A stretch of 64,000 nt of DNA from Anaerolineae bacterium (GTDB lineage Bacteria > Chloroflexota > Anaerolineae > B4-G1 > SLSP01): assembly GCA_034429675.1 (NCBI GenBank), contig DAOUFX010000230.1, positions 2,339 through 66,338 of the forward strand, written 5' to 3'. Under the pieces are notes generated by a model, which saw nothing but the letters and a program-made list of their open reading frames with translations, did no database searches and was not told the DNA's origin. A program made the position numbers and the translations under genes. Positions 16,652 to 25,854 of this stretch are shown here, piece by piece. How positions within the stretch are numbered: the stretch's first letter is position 1; each line of letters opens with the position of its first letter.

Positions 16652-18520
16652 GTGAGCAAGAAGCAAGAGACGACTGGAAATACTGCTCGGTCATTTCAGG
16701 ATACTGAAGTATGGCGGCGAGAGCTGTTTGGAAAAACCATGCTGGTTCTTTCCATACTATCGTTTGTCGTGCTGGTGTCAGGGTTGTATTATGTCTCAGC
16801 TACTCAAAAGGCCTGGTCGGCGCCGATTCTACTGTTTTTTTATGGATTGATTGTTGCTGCTGCTTTTGTCCAGAAAATTCCTTTCACCTGGCGCGTCTGG
16901 ACGTTTTTGAGCGTTTTGCTTGCAATGAGTGTTTTCGATCTGTTGACGTATGGTTGGGGCGAAGATGGAAGGATCTATCTACTCGGAGCGACGCTGTTCG
17001 CGATTCTATTTCTGGGCGCGCGACATGGCTTCGTTGTTTTTGTGATTTCCAGTACGATTTTGCTCGCTTATGTCATCGCCGCTTCGACTGGTATTCTATC
17101 ACTGGTTAGTTCCCCGGAAGTGATTCATCCTCCTGCGACCTTGTGGATGGGTTTGGCTATCTATATGGTGATTTCCACAGGCTTATTCATTTCATTCAAT
17201 TATATTCTCCCACGCCTGCTTGACGCTCTGCAAAAGGGTGTTGATCTTTCCCATGAGTTGGAGGTCGAACGCGCTCGATTGGCCGAGCGGACGAGCACTT
17301 TGCAAAACGCCAATGTGAACCTCCAACGTCGGGCGTTTTATTTGGAGTCAAGCACTCAAATTGCTCAGGCTCTGGCGACGATGGTCGAGTTAGATACTTT
17401 GTTGGACCAGGCCGTGAATTTGATTGCCGGTGTTTTCAGCTTTTCTCACGTCGCTGTTTATCTGATGGATGGTGAAGAAGAGTGGGCGGTGCTGCGCGCG
17501 GCTTCTTCTGCCGAGGGGCATCGCTTGTTGGCAAATCAGCATCGTGTTCTTTGTGGCAGCGATTGTATGATAGGGCAGGTATCCCAGGATTCACAGCCGC
17601 GCATGGCCGGGGTGACGCCTGATCTGCCGCCCGCTCGTTCAGAGATGACGTTGCCGTTGCTGGCAGGGACTCAGCGGATAGGGGTTTTGGATATTCAGAG
17701 TACTGAGGAAGCGGCTTTTGATCAGGATGATATGCGTGCATTGCAGGGATTGTCCGGTGTTCTGGCGGCGGCAATCAGCAATGCGAAGCGTTTGGGGGAT
17801 GAAGCCTCTGTGTTGGAGGCGGCAAGTCCGCTATACCATTTGGCGCGCCGTTTGGCAACGGCGCGCATCGAGCGTGAGATTTACACTGCAATTTTGGAGT
17901 CTTTGCGCGGATTTAGTCCGACGCAGGCCTTTATTTTCCGTTTTGAAGAGGGGCTTCCTTCTGCCTACATGGTAGCCGAGATGCGGAAGGGAGAGTTGGC
18001 ATTTCACGAGCAACGCGTGTGGGCGTCGGATATGCAATACCTCAGCGAGATTGTGGCCTTCAGTATGGCCGTTAGATCTTCTGTGATGATTGGCGACCTG
18101 AAAGAATATCAGTCAGGGCAGGCTGACATTGACGCCGTTTTGGTGCATCTGGCTGAGGATCTGGGAATTCTTTCCTTAGCTTTGACGCCGATGTGGGTCG
18201 GGTCGGTGCTTGTGGGAACTTTGTTGGTCATTTATCAGGCTCCGCATTATTTCACAGCTCTGCAGGGTCAGCTCTATCGTGTTCTGGCCGATTTAGGCGG
18301 ACGCGCTCTGGAGCGTATCTGGTTGCTTCAGCAAGCCCAGGCTCATTTGGAGAGTGAGCGTTGGATTAGAGAATTTGGTGAAGCTGTGACACGTATTCCC
18401 GATTTAGAAACGATGATTGCACAGTCGGCCACTTTGTTGCAGGATGTTTCAAAATCCGATGGCGTGTTGATTTCTTTGAGCGCACCTGAGCAGGAATCCT
18501 TGGAGGCGCCCGGTGAATAA
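16652..18520 (+). CDS. GAF-array member A: polytopic membrane N-domain + S-helix + GAF-A + GAF-B; no output domain
   Basis: GTG start 16652 has GGGGAGG 8 nt upstream. There are ~6 TM helices in aa 25–195. The coiled coil is LEVERARLAERTSTLQNANVNLQRRAFYLE. GAF-A runs FSFSHVAVYLMDGEEEWAVLRAASSAEGHRLLANQHRV...PDLPPARSEMTLPLLAGTQRIGVLDIQS. A divergent second GAF follows. The C-terminal tail is ...QAHLESERWIREFGEAVTRIPDLETMIAQSATLL. Confidence 0.8.
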   Translation: MSKKQETTGNTARSFQDTEVWRRELFGKTMLVLSILSFVVLVSGLYYVSATQKAWSAPILLFFYGLIVAAAFVQKIPFTWRVWTFLSVLLAMSVFDLLTYGWGEDGRIYLLGATLFAILFLGARHGFVVFVISSTILLAYVIAASTGILSLVSSPEVIHPPATLWMGLAIYMVISTGLFISFNYILPRLLDALQKGVDLSHELEVERARLAERTSTLQNANVNLQRRAFYLESSTQIAQALATMVELDTLLDQAVNLIAGVFSFSHVAVYLMDGEEEWAVLRAASSAEGHRLLANQHRVLCGSDCMIGQVSQDSQPRMAGVTPDLPPARSEMTLPLLAGTQRIGVLDIQSTEEAAFDQDDMRALQGLSGVLAAAISNAKRLGDEASVLEAASPLYHLARRLATARIEREIYTAILESLRGFSPTQAFIFRFEEGLPSAYMVAEMRKGELAFHEQRVWASDMQYLSEIVAFSMAVRSSVMIGDLKEYQSGQADIDAVLVHLAEDLGILSLALTPMWVGSVLVGTLLVIYQAPHYFTALQGQLYRVLADLGGRALERIWLLQQAQAHLESERWIREFGEAVTRIPDLETMIAQSATLLQDVSKSDGVLISLSAPEQESLEAPGE

Positions 18521-20213
18521 AGAGAGCAGAACCGAAGCGTTGCGCGTTACTGCGCCACGCCTTCGCGAGTGGCAATTGTCATTGCTAACGCAAATTTTGA
18601 GAATATTGGTCTTTACTGTGTTGTTGGTGATGTTGCCGGCTATCATTTTTGTGAGAGGGGAGCATCACGGTGTTGAGTTTATCGTTTTCTATGGAGTAGC
18701 CTTTTCTGTTTTGCTTATTTTGCGGTTTATAAAAAACATTCCCTACACGATAAAGGTTGTGGGATTGCTGGTTTTAATTTATGCATTGGGTATCTCGGCA
18801 TTGTTACGCGCGGGTTTAGGTAGCAATGCTAAGATTTTTTTGATCGCGTTGCCGTTCACGGCAATGTTGCTTCTGGGCAAATGGGAGGGATGGATTTGCC
18901 TGGTGGGGTCGTTTCTCACGATGGTGGTGTTTGGAGTACTGTTCTCCAACAATATCCTCTCCATTCCCACCGGGGTGCAGGTGATATCGCATAAGGTGGA
19001 AGCCTGGGGCAGTTATATCTTGACGATGACGTGGGCCGGCGCGTTTTTTGTGGCGACGCAAAGTTACATGCGGTCGCGTTTGGTGAGCGAGCTGGCGCAG
19101 AGCTGGGCGATGGCGCAGGAGCTGGATGTGCAGCGTGCGCAGGCTGAACGTGACGCAGTGCGCGCTCAGTTACATGCCGAACAGATGGGATGGATTGCGA
19201 ATTTTGGCAATATCTTGACTTCATTGCGAAATCGTGATTTGTTGGTTCAACGTGTTGTGCAAGATCTGGTCCAGAATTTTTCGCTGTATCAGGTCAATTT
19301 CTTTCTGGCCGATCGTTCTGGCGACGTATTGAACCTGGTCGCTGCCGCCGGCGCGCAAGGCCAGGATGGAGTTGGGGCGATGGTGCCGGAAATGGTAGGG
19401 GGACGTTCCCTTTTGGGGCAAGTCGCTCAGACCGGAAAAGAGCAGTCCCGCGTGCTTGATGTTGGTCAGCTTGCGTTGTTGCCTGACAGTCGTTATGAGG
19501 TGGTTTTGCCATTGGTGGTACGTGGTGAGCTTTTGGGAGTGCTGGATATTCACAGTACAGATGTCACTCTCTCCGAAGCTTCGCTTCAGCTTTTCCGCAT
19601 TGTTTCCGGCTATGTGTCAGGCGCTCTGGATACATTGCGCTTATTTGAAGAATCTGAGCGGCAGACTCACGAGATGCGTATGCTCTACGCACAGCATGTC
19701 GTGGCTTCCTGGCGTTCATTGTTAGCCGTTGAGTCTCTCCCGGCGTACTCGCTCGGCGCATTGCCAGCGGACCGTGCGCGTGAAGTGGCCGAGGAGGTGT
19801 TGCGCGATCGGCAATCCCGGTTGCTCACGTTGGCGGACGATCAGGGTCATTTGTTGGTAGTTCCTTTAATTGCTCGTGACGTGGTGTTGGGTTATCTGGC
19901 TTTTGTGAGGGCTTCTTCTAAAGGAACATGGGATCAAGAGTCGCGTGCTCTTATTGAGATGGCGGCCGATCGGTTGGCGTTGGCCCTGGATAACACCCGC
20001 CTCTTGATTGAAGTGCGACGGCAGGCTTTTTATCAAGAGCAACTGCGCCGTGTAGACGATGTCATTTGGCGCAATCCCAGCCCGGACGTCATTATGGCGC
20101 AGAGTGTGCGTGAACTCGGTCGTTTTTTGGGGGCCGGCGAGGTGCAATTGTATATCGCCCCCATGCAGCAGGAAGAGGGCCCCAATGGGGATAAATCGGT
20201 TGGCGATGAGTAA
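18513..20213 (+). CDS. GAF-array member B: polytopic membrane N-domain + coiled coil + GAF + GAF; no output domain
   Basis: GTG start 18513 overlaps the previous gene by 8 nt, and GGAGG lies 6 nt upstream. There are ~6 TM helices. The coiled coil is ELDVQRAQAERDAVRAQL. GAF-A runs FSLYQVNFFLADRSGDVLNLVAAAG...VVLPLVVRGELLGVLDIHS. GAF-B and the tail run ...DNTRLLIEVRRQAFYQEQLRRVDDVIWRNPSPDVIMAQSVRELGRFLGAGEVQLYI. Confidence 0.75.
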   Translation: MNKESRTEALRVTAPRLREWQLSLLTQILRILVFTVLLVMLPAIIFVRGEHHGVEFIVFYGVAFSVLLILRFIKNIPYTIKVVGLLVLIYALGISALLRAGLGSNAKIFLIALPFTAMLLLGKWEGWICLVGSFLTMVVFGVLFSNNILSIPTGVQVISHKVEAWGSYILTMTWAGAFFVATQSYMRSRLVSELAQSWAMAQELDVQRAQAERDAVRAQLHAEQMGWIANFGNILTSLRNRDLLVQRVVQDLVQNFSLYQVNFFLADRSGDVLNLVAAAGAQGQDGVGAMVPEMVGGRSLLGQVAQTGKEQSRVLDVGQLALLPDSRYEVVLPLVVRGELLGVLDIHSTDVTLSEASLQLFRIVSGYVSGALDTLRLFEESERQTHEMRMLYAQHVVASWRSLLAVESLPAYSLGALPADRAREVAEEVLRDRQSRLLTLADDQGHLLVVPLIARDVVLGYLAFVRASSKGTWDQESRALIEMAADRLALALDNTRLLIEVRRQAFYQEQLRRVDDVIWRNPSPDVIMAQSVRELGRFLGAGEVQLYIAPMQQEEGPNGDKSVGDE

Positions 20214-20227
20214 AGGGAGACAGGGTC

Positions 20228-23068
20228 ATGTTGCCTGATTTGCGTCAAATTTTTAACCTATTGGCCTGGTTATTGGCGATCTCCCAATTGGTTTTTGGGC
20301 TTTATATTATTTTCCTAAATCGCGGTCGCCCGGCAAACCGATTGGCCGTGGGTGGAACCTTTGGACTCGTTGCGGTGAATTCGTACGCGTTTGCGCTGCT
20401 TCTGGGCGCTGACGATGTGTCCGTGGCCTTGCATGCGACGTACGTTCTGGCGGCTACTTCTCCCATGCTGGGATGGGCTTTTCTGAGCGATGCTTTGATT
20501 TTGTTGCGGCCTCGCTGGTATGCAAAACGTCTCGCTTTGTGGGTTGGCATTCTCATAGGTTTATTTGCCTTGCCGGTCTTACTTACTTTTGTTGACGTTG
20601 TTTGGGGGACTAATCTCTGGTATTCCGGCCTGGATGTTGACACCTACAAAGTGGGCTCAGTGACATTGATGATGTACACCAGGGGCTATTTCTCCCCGGT
20701 GATTCACGGTGTATTTGGGTATCTGCCCCTCGGATTGTTCCTGATTGGAGTACTGTGGTTGGGACACGTTCGCCCACACCCCGATTTTCCGCGGAGTCAC
20801 TATTGGGTGTGGCCCTTTTTATTGGTTCAGGTGCTGGCGACAGCGATGTATTTTGTCTCCTCGGCTCTATCCGCGCCGATCGTTGTCCCACTTGTTTTCA
20901 ATGGGCTGTGTGTCGGAACCTATGCCATTGCATTTTTCACCCCGGCGCTTCTGGGACACTCTATGCAACGGGGAAGTTTGCGAACACGCCTGACAATTCT
21001 CATTTTTGTCATTGCTGTGCCTATTTCGGTCTTTGGCGTTATGCTGGTAGGATACCAGGCCGTGGGGATGGTCGAGGAAAGCGAGACGCGACGGTTGGCT
21101 GCGCGCAACGATGCTTTAGCTACCAGCATCAATGTATGGCTCAATATTCACGTCAATGCTCTGGCTGAGGTTGCGAAACAACCCGCTATTGTGACAATGG
21201 ATCCTGAACAGCAGGGGCCGGTTCTTAAATTGATGGATGATATTTACTCCAGCGTGTATTTGGTCAGCACCACAGATTTGACCGGGATGAATGTCGCTCG
21301 GAGCGACATGAAAGAGCCCACGTATTACGGTGACCGGCAGTGGTTCTTAAATGCGCGCGCCGGGGTATCTCCGGCGTTGGAGATTGTGCTAGGGCGCACG
21401 AGCGGAGTGCCGGCTTTGGTTGGCGCGATGCCTATCACGCAGACAGACCAGACCATTGTGGGAATCGTGATGTTTGCCAGTACCTTGTCGGATGTCGCCG
21501 CTCAGGTCAAAACTACTGAAATAGGCGAGTCTGGATTCGCTTATATTGTGGATCAGGAAGATCAGATTCTGGCGCATTCCGACCCGGAGGTGACAGCTCA
21601 CGTGACCGATTTCAGCGCTTACCCACCTGTGATGCAGTTGCGCGCCAATGTCGAGGGATTGGTCAAGTTCCGCGACAATTCGGGGCAACGTTGGTGGGCT
21701 TATGTGCGCAGCGCCGGGCCAGGTTTGGGCGTCATTGTTCAACAGCGTGAAGAAGAAGTGTTGCGCGGGACGCGGCAATTTCAGTTGGTCTATTGGGCGG
21801 TCACGTTAGTCGGGGCCTTGTTGCTGACGACTCTGGGATTTATGGCTGTACGGCAGGCTTTCCGCCCGATTTTGACGTTGACCGAAACGGCTCAGGCCAT
21901 TGTGCAGGGGGATTTGGCCCGGCTGGCCCCCGTTGAAAGCGAAGACGAGATCGGCACGTTGGCGCAGACGTTTAATTTGATGACGGCGCAACTGCGCACT
22001 TTGATCGAGACTTTGGAAGAGCGTGTGGCAGAACGCACGAGAGCGTTGGAAAGGCGTGCCGAGTATCTGGCTGTGACGGCGCGAGTGAGCCGGGTAACGG
22101 CCTCGATTTTGGATGTGGACACTCTGCTCACGCGGGTTGCCAATCTGATTTCTGAACGGTTTGGGTTTTACCATGCGGCAATTTTCCTGATTGACGACAG
22201 CGGCGAATGGGCTGTGTTGCGCACCGTTTCTTCTGAAGATGGAAAGCGTATGTTGGCGCGAGGACATCGTTTGCGCGTTGGCGAGCAAGGGATTGTGGGG
22301 TATGTCTCAGGCGCCGGCCGTCCGCGCATTGCTTTGGACGTGGACGAAGATACCGTATGGGTCAAGAATCCCGACTTGCCGAACACCCGTTCGGAGATGG
22401 CTTTGCCTTTGCAGGTACAAAACCAGATCATTGGGGTATTGGATGTGCAGAGCGTGGAACCCAATGCTTTTTCAACCGAGGATGTGGAGACGTTGCGCAT
22501 CCTTGCCGATCAGGTAGCCATTGCGATCCAGAACGCGCGGCAGTTTCGACAGAGCCAACAGATGCTCCGGGATTTACAACATGCCTATAGCGAGCTGGGG
22601 CAGCGGAGTTGGGCGACGTGGACGGCCTCGCATGTAGGGTATCAGTATATGCCGACAGGCGTTACTGCGATTCAGGCCTCGGAAGTGGCGACAGAAACGC
22701 CATCTTCGACGCAAGTGACAGACCCGAATATTTTGTGGGTGCCGTTACAATTGATCGGCGGACGGGTTTTTGGCGCATTGCGTTTGCAACGGGACATTGC
22801 GTACCCCTGGACGGAACAGGAGATTCAATTTGTGCAACAGGCGGGGCAAGCGATTGCGCAGGCATTGGAGGTGTCGCGTTTGCTGGAAGAGGCGCAGCGG
22901 CGAACGACTCGCGATCGTCTGGTTGGGGATATTGCCAATCAGTTGCACACGACGCTCGATCCAGATGTGATTATGAAAACATTGGTGCGTGAGTTAGGCC
23001 GTGTTTTGGGCGCGCGGGTGGCCTCTGTCGAAGTGACCGGTGGGCGTCCTCCCACGGGGATCGTCTAA
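20228..23068 (+). CDS. GAF-array member C: ~8-TM membrane domain + periplasmic Cache-like + TM + HAMP + S-helix + GAF-A + GAF-B; no output domain
   Basis: The HAMP domain is RPILTLTETAQAIVQGDLARLAPVESEDEIGTLAQTFNLMTAQL. The S-helix is LEERVAERTRALERRAEYLAVTARV. GAF-A runs FGFYHAAIFLIDDSGEWAVLRTVSSEDGKRMLARGHRLRVGEQGIVGYV...PDLPNTRSEMALPLQVQNQIIGVLDVQS. The tail is RDRLVGDIANQLHTTLDPDVIMKTLVRELGRVLGARVASVEV. Confidence 0.85.
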   Translation: MLPDLRQIFNLLAWLLAISQLVFGLYIIFLNRGRPANRLAVGGTFGLVAVNSYAFALLLGADDVSVALHATYVLAATSPMLGWAFLSDALILLRPRWYAKRLALWVGILIGLFALPVLLTFVDVVWGTNLWYSGLDVDTYKVGSVTLMMYTRGYFSPVIHGVFGYLPLGLFLIGVLWLGHVRPHPDFPRSHYWVWPFLLVQVLATAMYFVSSALSAPIVVPLVFNGLCVGTYAIAFFTPALLGHSMQRGSLRTRLTILIFVIAVPISVFGVMLVGYQAVGMVEESETRRLAARNDALATSINVWLNIHVNALAEVAKQPAIVTMDPEQQGPVLKLMDDIYSSVYLVSTTDLTGMNVARSDMKEPTYYGDRQWFLNARAGVSPALEIVLGRTSGVPALVGAMPITQTDQTIVGIVMFASTLSDVAAQVKTTEIGESGFAYIVDQEDQILAHSDPEVTAHVTDFSAYPPVMQLRANVEGLVKFRDNSGQRWWAYVRSAGPGLGVIVQQREEEVLRGTRQFQLVYWAVTLVGALLLTTLGFMAVRQAFRPILTLTETAQAIVQGDLARLAPVESEDEIGTLAQTFNLMTAQLRTLIETLEERVAERTRALERRAEYLAVTARVSRVTASILDVDTLLTRVANLISERFGFYHAAIFLIDDSGEWAVLRTVSSEDGKRMLARGHRLRVGEQGIVGYVSGAGRPRIALDVDEDTVWVKNPDLPNTRSEMALPLQVQNQIIGVLDVQSVEPNAFSTEDVETLRILADQVAIAIQNARQFRQSQQMLRDLQHAYSELGQRSWATWTASHVGYQYMPTGVTAIQASEVATETPSSTQVTDPNILWVPLQLIGGRVFGALRLQRDIAYPWTEQEIQFVQQAGQAIAQALEVSRLLEEAQRRTTRDRLVGDIANQLHTTLDPDVIMKTLVRELGRVLGARVASVEVTGGRPPTGIV

Positions 23069-23082
23069 ATACGGGGCGTGGT

Positions 23083-25854
23083 ATGTTGCAAAACTTTGAA
23101 GTGCTCTTAGCGCTGTTTGCTTTCGTCTTGCTCGCGGTAATGCTGGTATGGGTACTGCGCACCCCCCGGCTGCGTGGGTTACAGCGCCGGGGTTTGCTTG
23201 TATTTTGCGCCTTGACCGTGTTCCCGACGTTGTTGGCGTCAACTCTCACTAGTTGGCTCTCCGCCAATATGGTTGAAACTCGCCGGCTAGACCAATTGCG
23301 TATGGCGGCTGACATCAAACAACAGAAGTTTGATTTGTGGTTCGGAGAGTTAGAGCAGACTCTCTTACGTGAGGCGGAACCAGTGCATACGCAACGTCTG
23401 ACGCTTTTGACATCTACACCGGATTCCACCGAATTTAAGTCAGCTTATGCGGCGCAAGCAACGCGCTTCGCCGAGATATTGGCAGCGCAGCTTGATTTTG
23501 AAGCCTTTTCCTTATTGAATGTGCAGGGAGAGGTTATTTTGTCCACTGATGTGTCTGAATTGCTGAAGCAATACTCCGATAAGGATTACTTCCGGGGGGC
23601 TTTGACGGGTGTGTATGTTCAGACGCCGCGGTATTCTGCGACGGCTGCGGCTACGCCGGGGATCATTGCTTATCCGGTATCGGATGATGCGGGCAACGTC
23701 GTGGGGGTTTTTGTGGCGCGAGTGCGCGCCGATGCCTGGTATGAGGTCGTCGGGGAGTTGCTCAAGTTGGGGGAAACAGAGGAGATTTATCTGGTTGATG
23801 CGCGCTACAATCTGGTGACGCCTATACGTCTGAGCGGTGACACGACGTTTTTGCCTTCCACTGCCATGCGAACGGCTATTGACCACCAGGGAGAATACAT
23901 TGGTCGCGTGCGCAATTCCCGTGGGCGGAATGTCTTGGCGATCTATCGTTGGTTGCCGCAATTGAATGTATTGTTGGCGATCGAGGTGGAGCGGTACGAA
24001 ATCTTAAGCGGCATTTGGTTTATCAGCACCGTCAGTCTGGGGATTGCGTTTGTGTTATTAGGGATTTCCGGTGTTTTGGCATACTTGGCGCTGCGCAGTA
24101 TTTCCGTTCCCGTCGCCGAATTGGCCGATGCTGCCAGCAGTGTTGTGCGTGGCGATTGGGCTACAGTTCGTGAATTGCGCGGCAACGATGACCTGGCGCG
24201 ATTGACTCACAAGTTCAATCATATGATCAGTTATTTTCACCAGCGTATGGGCGATTTGGAAGGGCAGGTTGCCAAGCAGATGGGGGTCCTGGAAGGACGC
24301 GCTGCACAGCTCGAGGCCACTATGCAAATTTTGCGCCAGGTGGTCATGTTACGTGATGTGGACGAGTTGCTCACTATGACAGTTACCCGGCTTTCGCAGC
24401 AATTTGGTTTCCACCATGTTGCCGTTTTTCTGTTGGATGATAGCCGTCAACAGGCTATGCTGCGCGCGGCCTCGTCGGTGGCCGGGCGGCAGATGTTAGC
24501 CGAGAAGTTCCATGTGCCGGTGGGGATGGATAACTCAGTGGGTAGTGTTGCTACTCAGAAGAAGCTTCGCATTATGTCGGATTTGAGCGCGGAGAGTGTT
24601 GATTCGGAAACAGGGCTGTTATTGCAGACCCGTTCCCGGGTTTTGATCCCACTCAGTGTGCGCGACGAAGTGATCGGCGTATTGGACGTTCAATCCAATG
24701 AGGCAACGACTTTTACCGTTAGCGGAACGGCACATCTACAAACGGTAGCCGATCAGGTCGCCCTGGCTTTGGATAACGCTCGTTTGTTGACGGCTACCGA
24801 AGAGCGTTTGGGCGAGATTCGCCAGTTGTTGAGCAAGCAGAGCGCCGAAGACTGGCAGCGGTTTTCGCAGGAACGTCCGCATTGGGGCTATACCTACGAC
24901 GGTGTAGAGGTCAAACCTCAGCCGACGACTACTTTTGCAAAGCATTCGCCGCAATTGGTCTTGCCGGTGCAGGAGGGGCAGCAGCTGATCGGCGCGTTTA
25001 GAGCTTTTTGGGATCAGGCCGAGCCCAATTCTTACGATGTAGAGTTGGCGCGGGACATTATCAATCAGGCCAGTCAGGCTTTGGAGAGCGCGCGTTTGTT
25101 TAGCCGGATGCAGGGCGCCCTGGAGGAGGTGGGAGTTTTGTATCGCAGCAGCCAGGCGCTCCTGGCTGCGCGCACGAGCGAACAAATCTTGCGCGCTTTT
25201 GTGGACTATCTGGTTGCGCCGGGGATTGACCGTTGCCTTCTGGCTTTGTTGGAGCCGTATGCTACCGAGGAAGACATGATTGTCCGGGTCGAAGCTGTCT
25301 GGGAATCTGGCCGGGCGAAATCTTCCTTGTTGGGGGATCGTTGGGCGCTTGCGCGAATTCCGGCGCTTGTGGCTGTCGTTCGCGGCGACGCCTCTGCGCG
25401 CCCCTGGGTAATTCCAGACGTCTCAAAACCCAATGTGCATCTGGACAGCACGACGCGTGAGGTTTTTGCCAGTGTCTTCCGTGTCCGCGCTTTGTTGTTG
25501 GTCCCTTTGGCCGTCGCCGGGAAGGTGCTAGGGTGGTTGTTCGTAGAATCCTTGCACGCTCCTTACGCTTTTACCGAGAGAGAAGTGCGTATGTATCGTA
25601 GCCTGGCCGATCAGGCGGCCATTGTGTTACAGAGTTTGCGCCTGTTGACTGAGGTTTCGTTGCGCGCTGACCATGAACGCCGCATCACTTCGATTGCGGC
25701 CGAAATCCGGCGCCACACCGATACTGAGGCGATTTTGCAAACCTCCATTCTTGAGTTGAGCAAGGCGCTCCAAGCCGCAGAGGGTTTTATCCAAATCGGA
25801 TTTGAAACCGATCCTGCGGTTGCGACCGATGGACCGGAGGCGGAGGACAAATGA
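23083..25854 (+). CDS. GAF-array member D: TM + Cache-like + TM + HAMP + three GAF-like domains + conserved tail; no output domain
   Basis: TM helices are at aa 5–25 and ~300–330. The HAMP domain is VPVAELADAASSVVRGDWATV...LARLTHKFNHMISYF. GAF-A runs FGFHHVAVFLLDDSRQQAMLRAASSVAGRQML. The tail is DHERRITSIAAEIRRHTDTEAILQTSILELSKALQAAEGFIQI. Confidence 0.85.
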   Translation: MLQNFEVLLALFAFVLLAVMLVWVLRTPRLRGLQRRGLLVFCALTVFPTLLASTLTSWLSANMVETRRLDQLRMAADIKQQKFDLWFGELEQTLLREAEPVHTQRLTLLTSTPDSTEFKSAYAAQATRFAEILAAQLDFEAFSLLNVQGEVILSTDVSELLKQYSDKDYFRGALTGVYVQTPRYSATAAATPGIIAYPVSDDAGNVVGVFVARVRADAWYEVVGELLKLGETEEIYLVDARYNLVTPIRLSGDTTFLPSTAMRTAIDHQGEYIGRVRNSRGRNVLAIYRWLPQLNVLLAIEVERYEILSGIWFISTVSLGIAFVLLGISGVLAYLALRSISVPVAELADAASSVVRGDWATVRELRGNDDLARLTHKFNHMISYFHQRMGDLEGQVAKQMGVLEGRAAQLEATMQILRQVVMLRDVDELLTMTVTRLSQQFGFHHVAVFLLDDSRQQAMLRAASSVAGRQMLAEKFHVPVGMDNSVGSVATQKKLRIMSDLSAESVDSETGLLLQTRSRVLIPLSVRDEVIGVLDVQSNEATTFTVSGTAHLQTVADQVALALDNARLLTATEERLGEIRQLLSKQSAEDWQRFSQERPHWGYTYDGVEVKPQPTTTFAKHSPQLVLPVQEGQQLIGAFRAFWDQAEPNSYDVELARDIINQASQALESARLFSRMQGALEEVGVLYRSSQALLAARTSEQILRAFVDYLVAPGIDRCLLALLEPYATEEDMIVRVEAVWESGRAKSSLLGDRWALARIPALVAVVRGDASARPWVIPDVSKPNVHLDSTTREVFASVFRVRALLLVPLAVAGKVLGWLFVESLHAPYAFTEREVRMYRSLADQAAIVLQSLRLLTEVSLRADHERRITSIAAEIRRHTDTEAILQTSILELSKALQAAEGFIQIGFETDPAVATDGPEAEDK

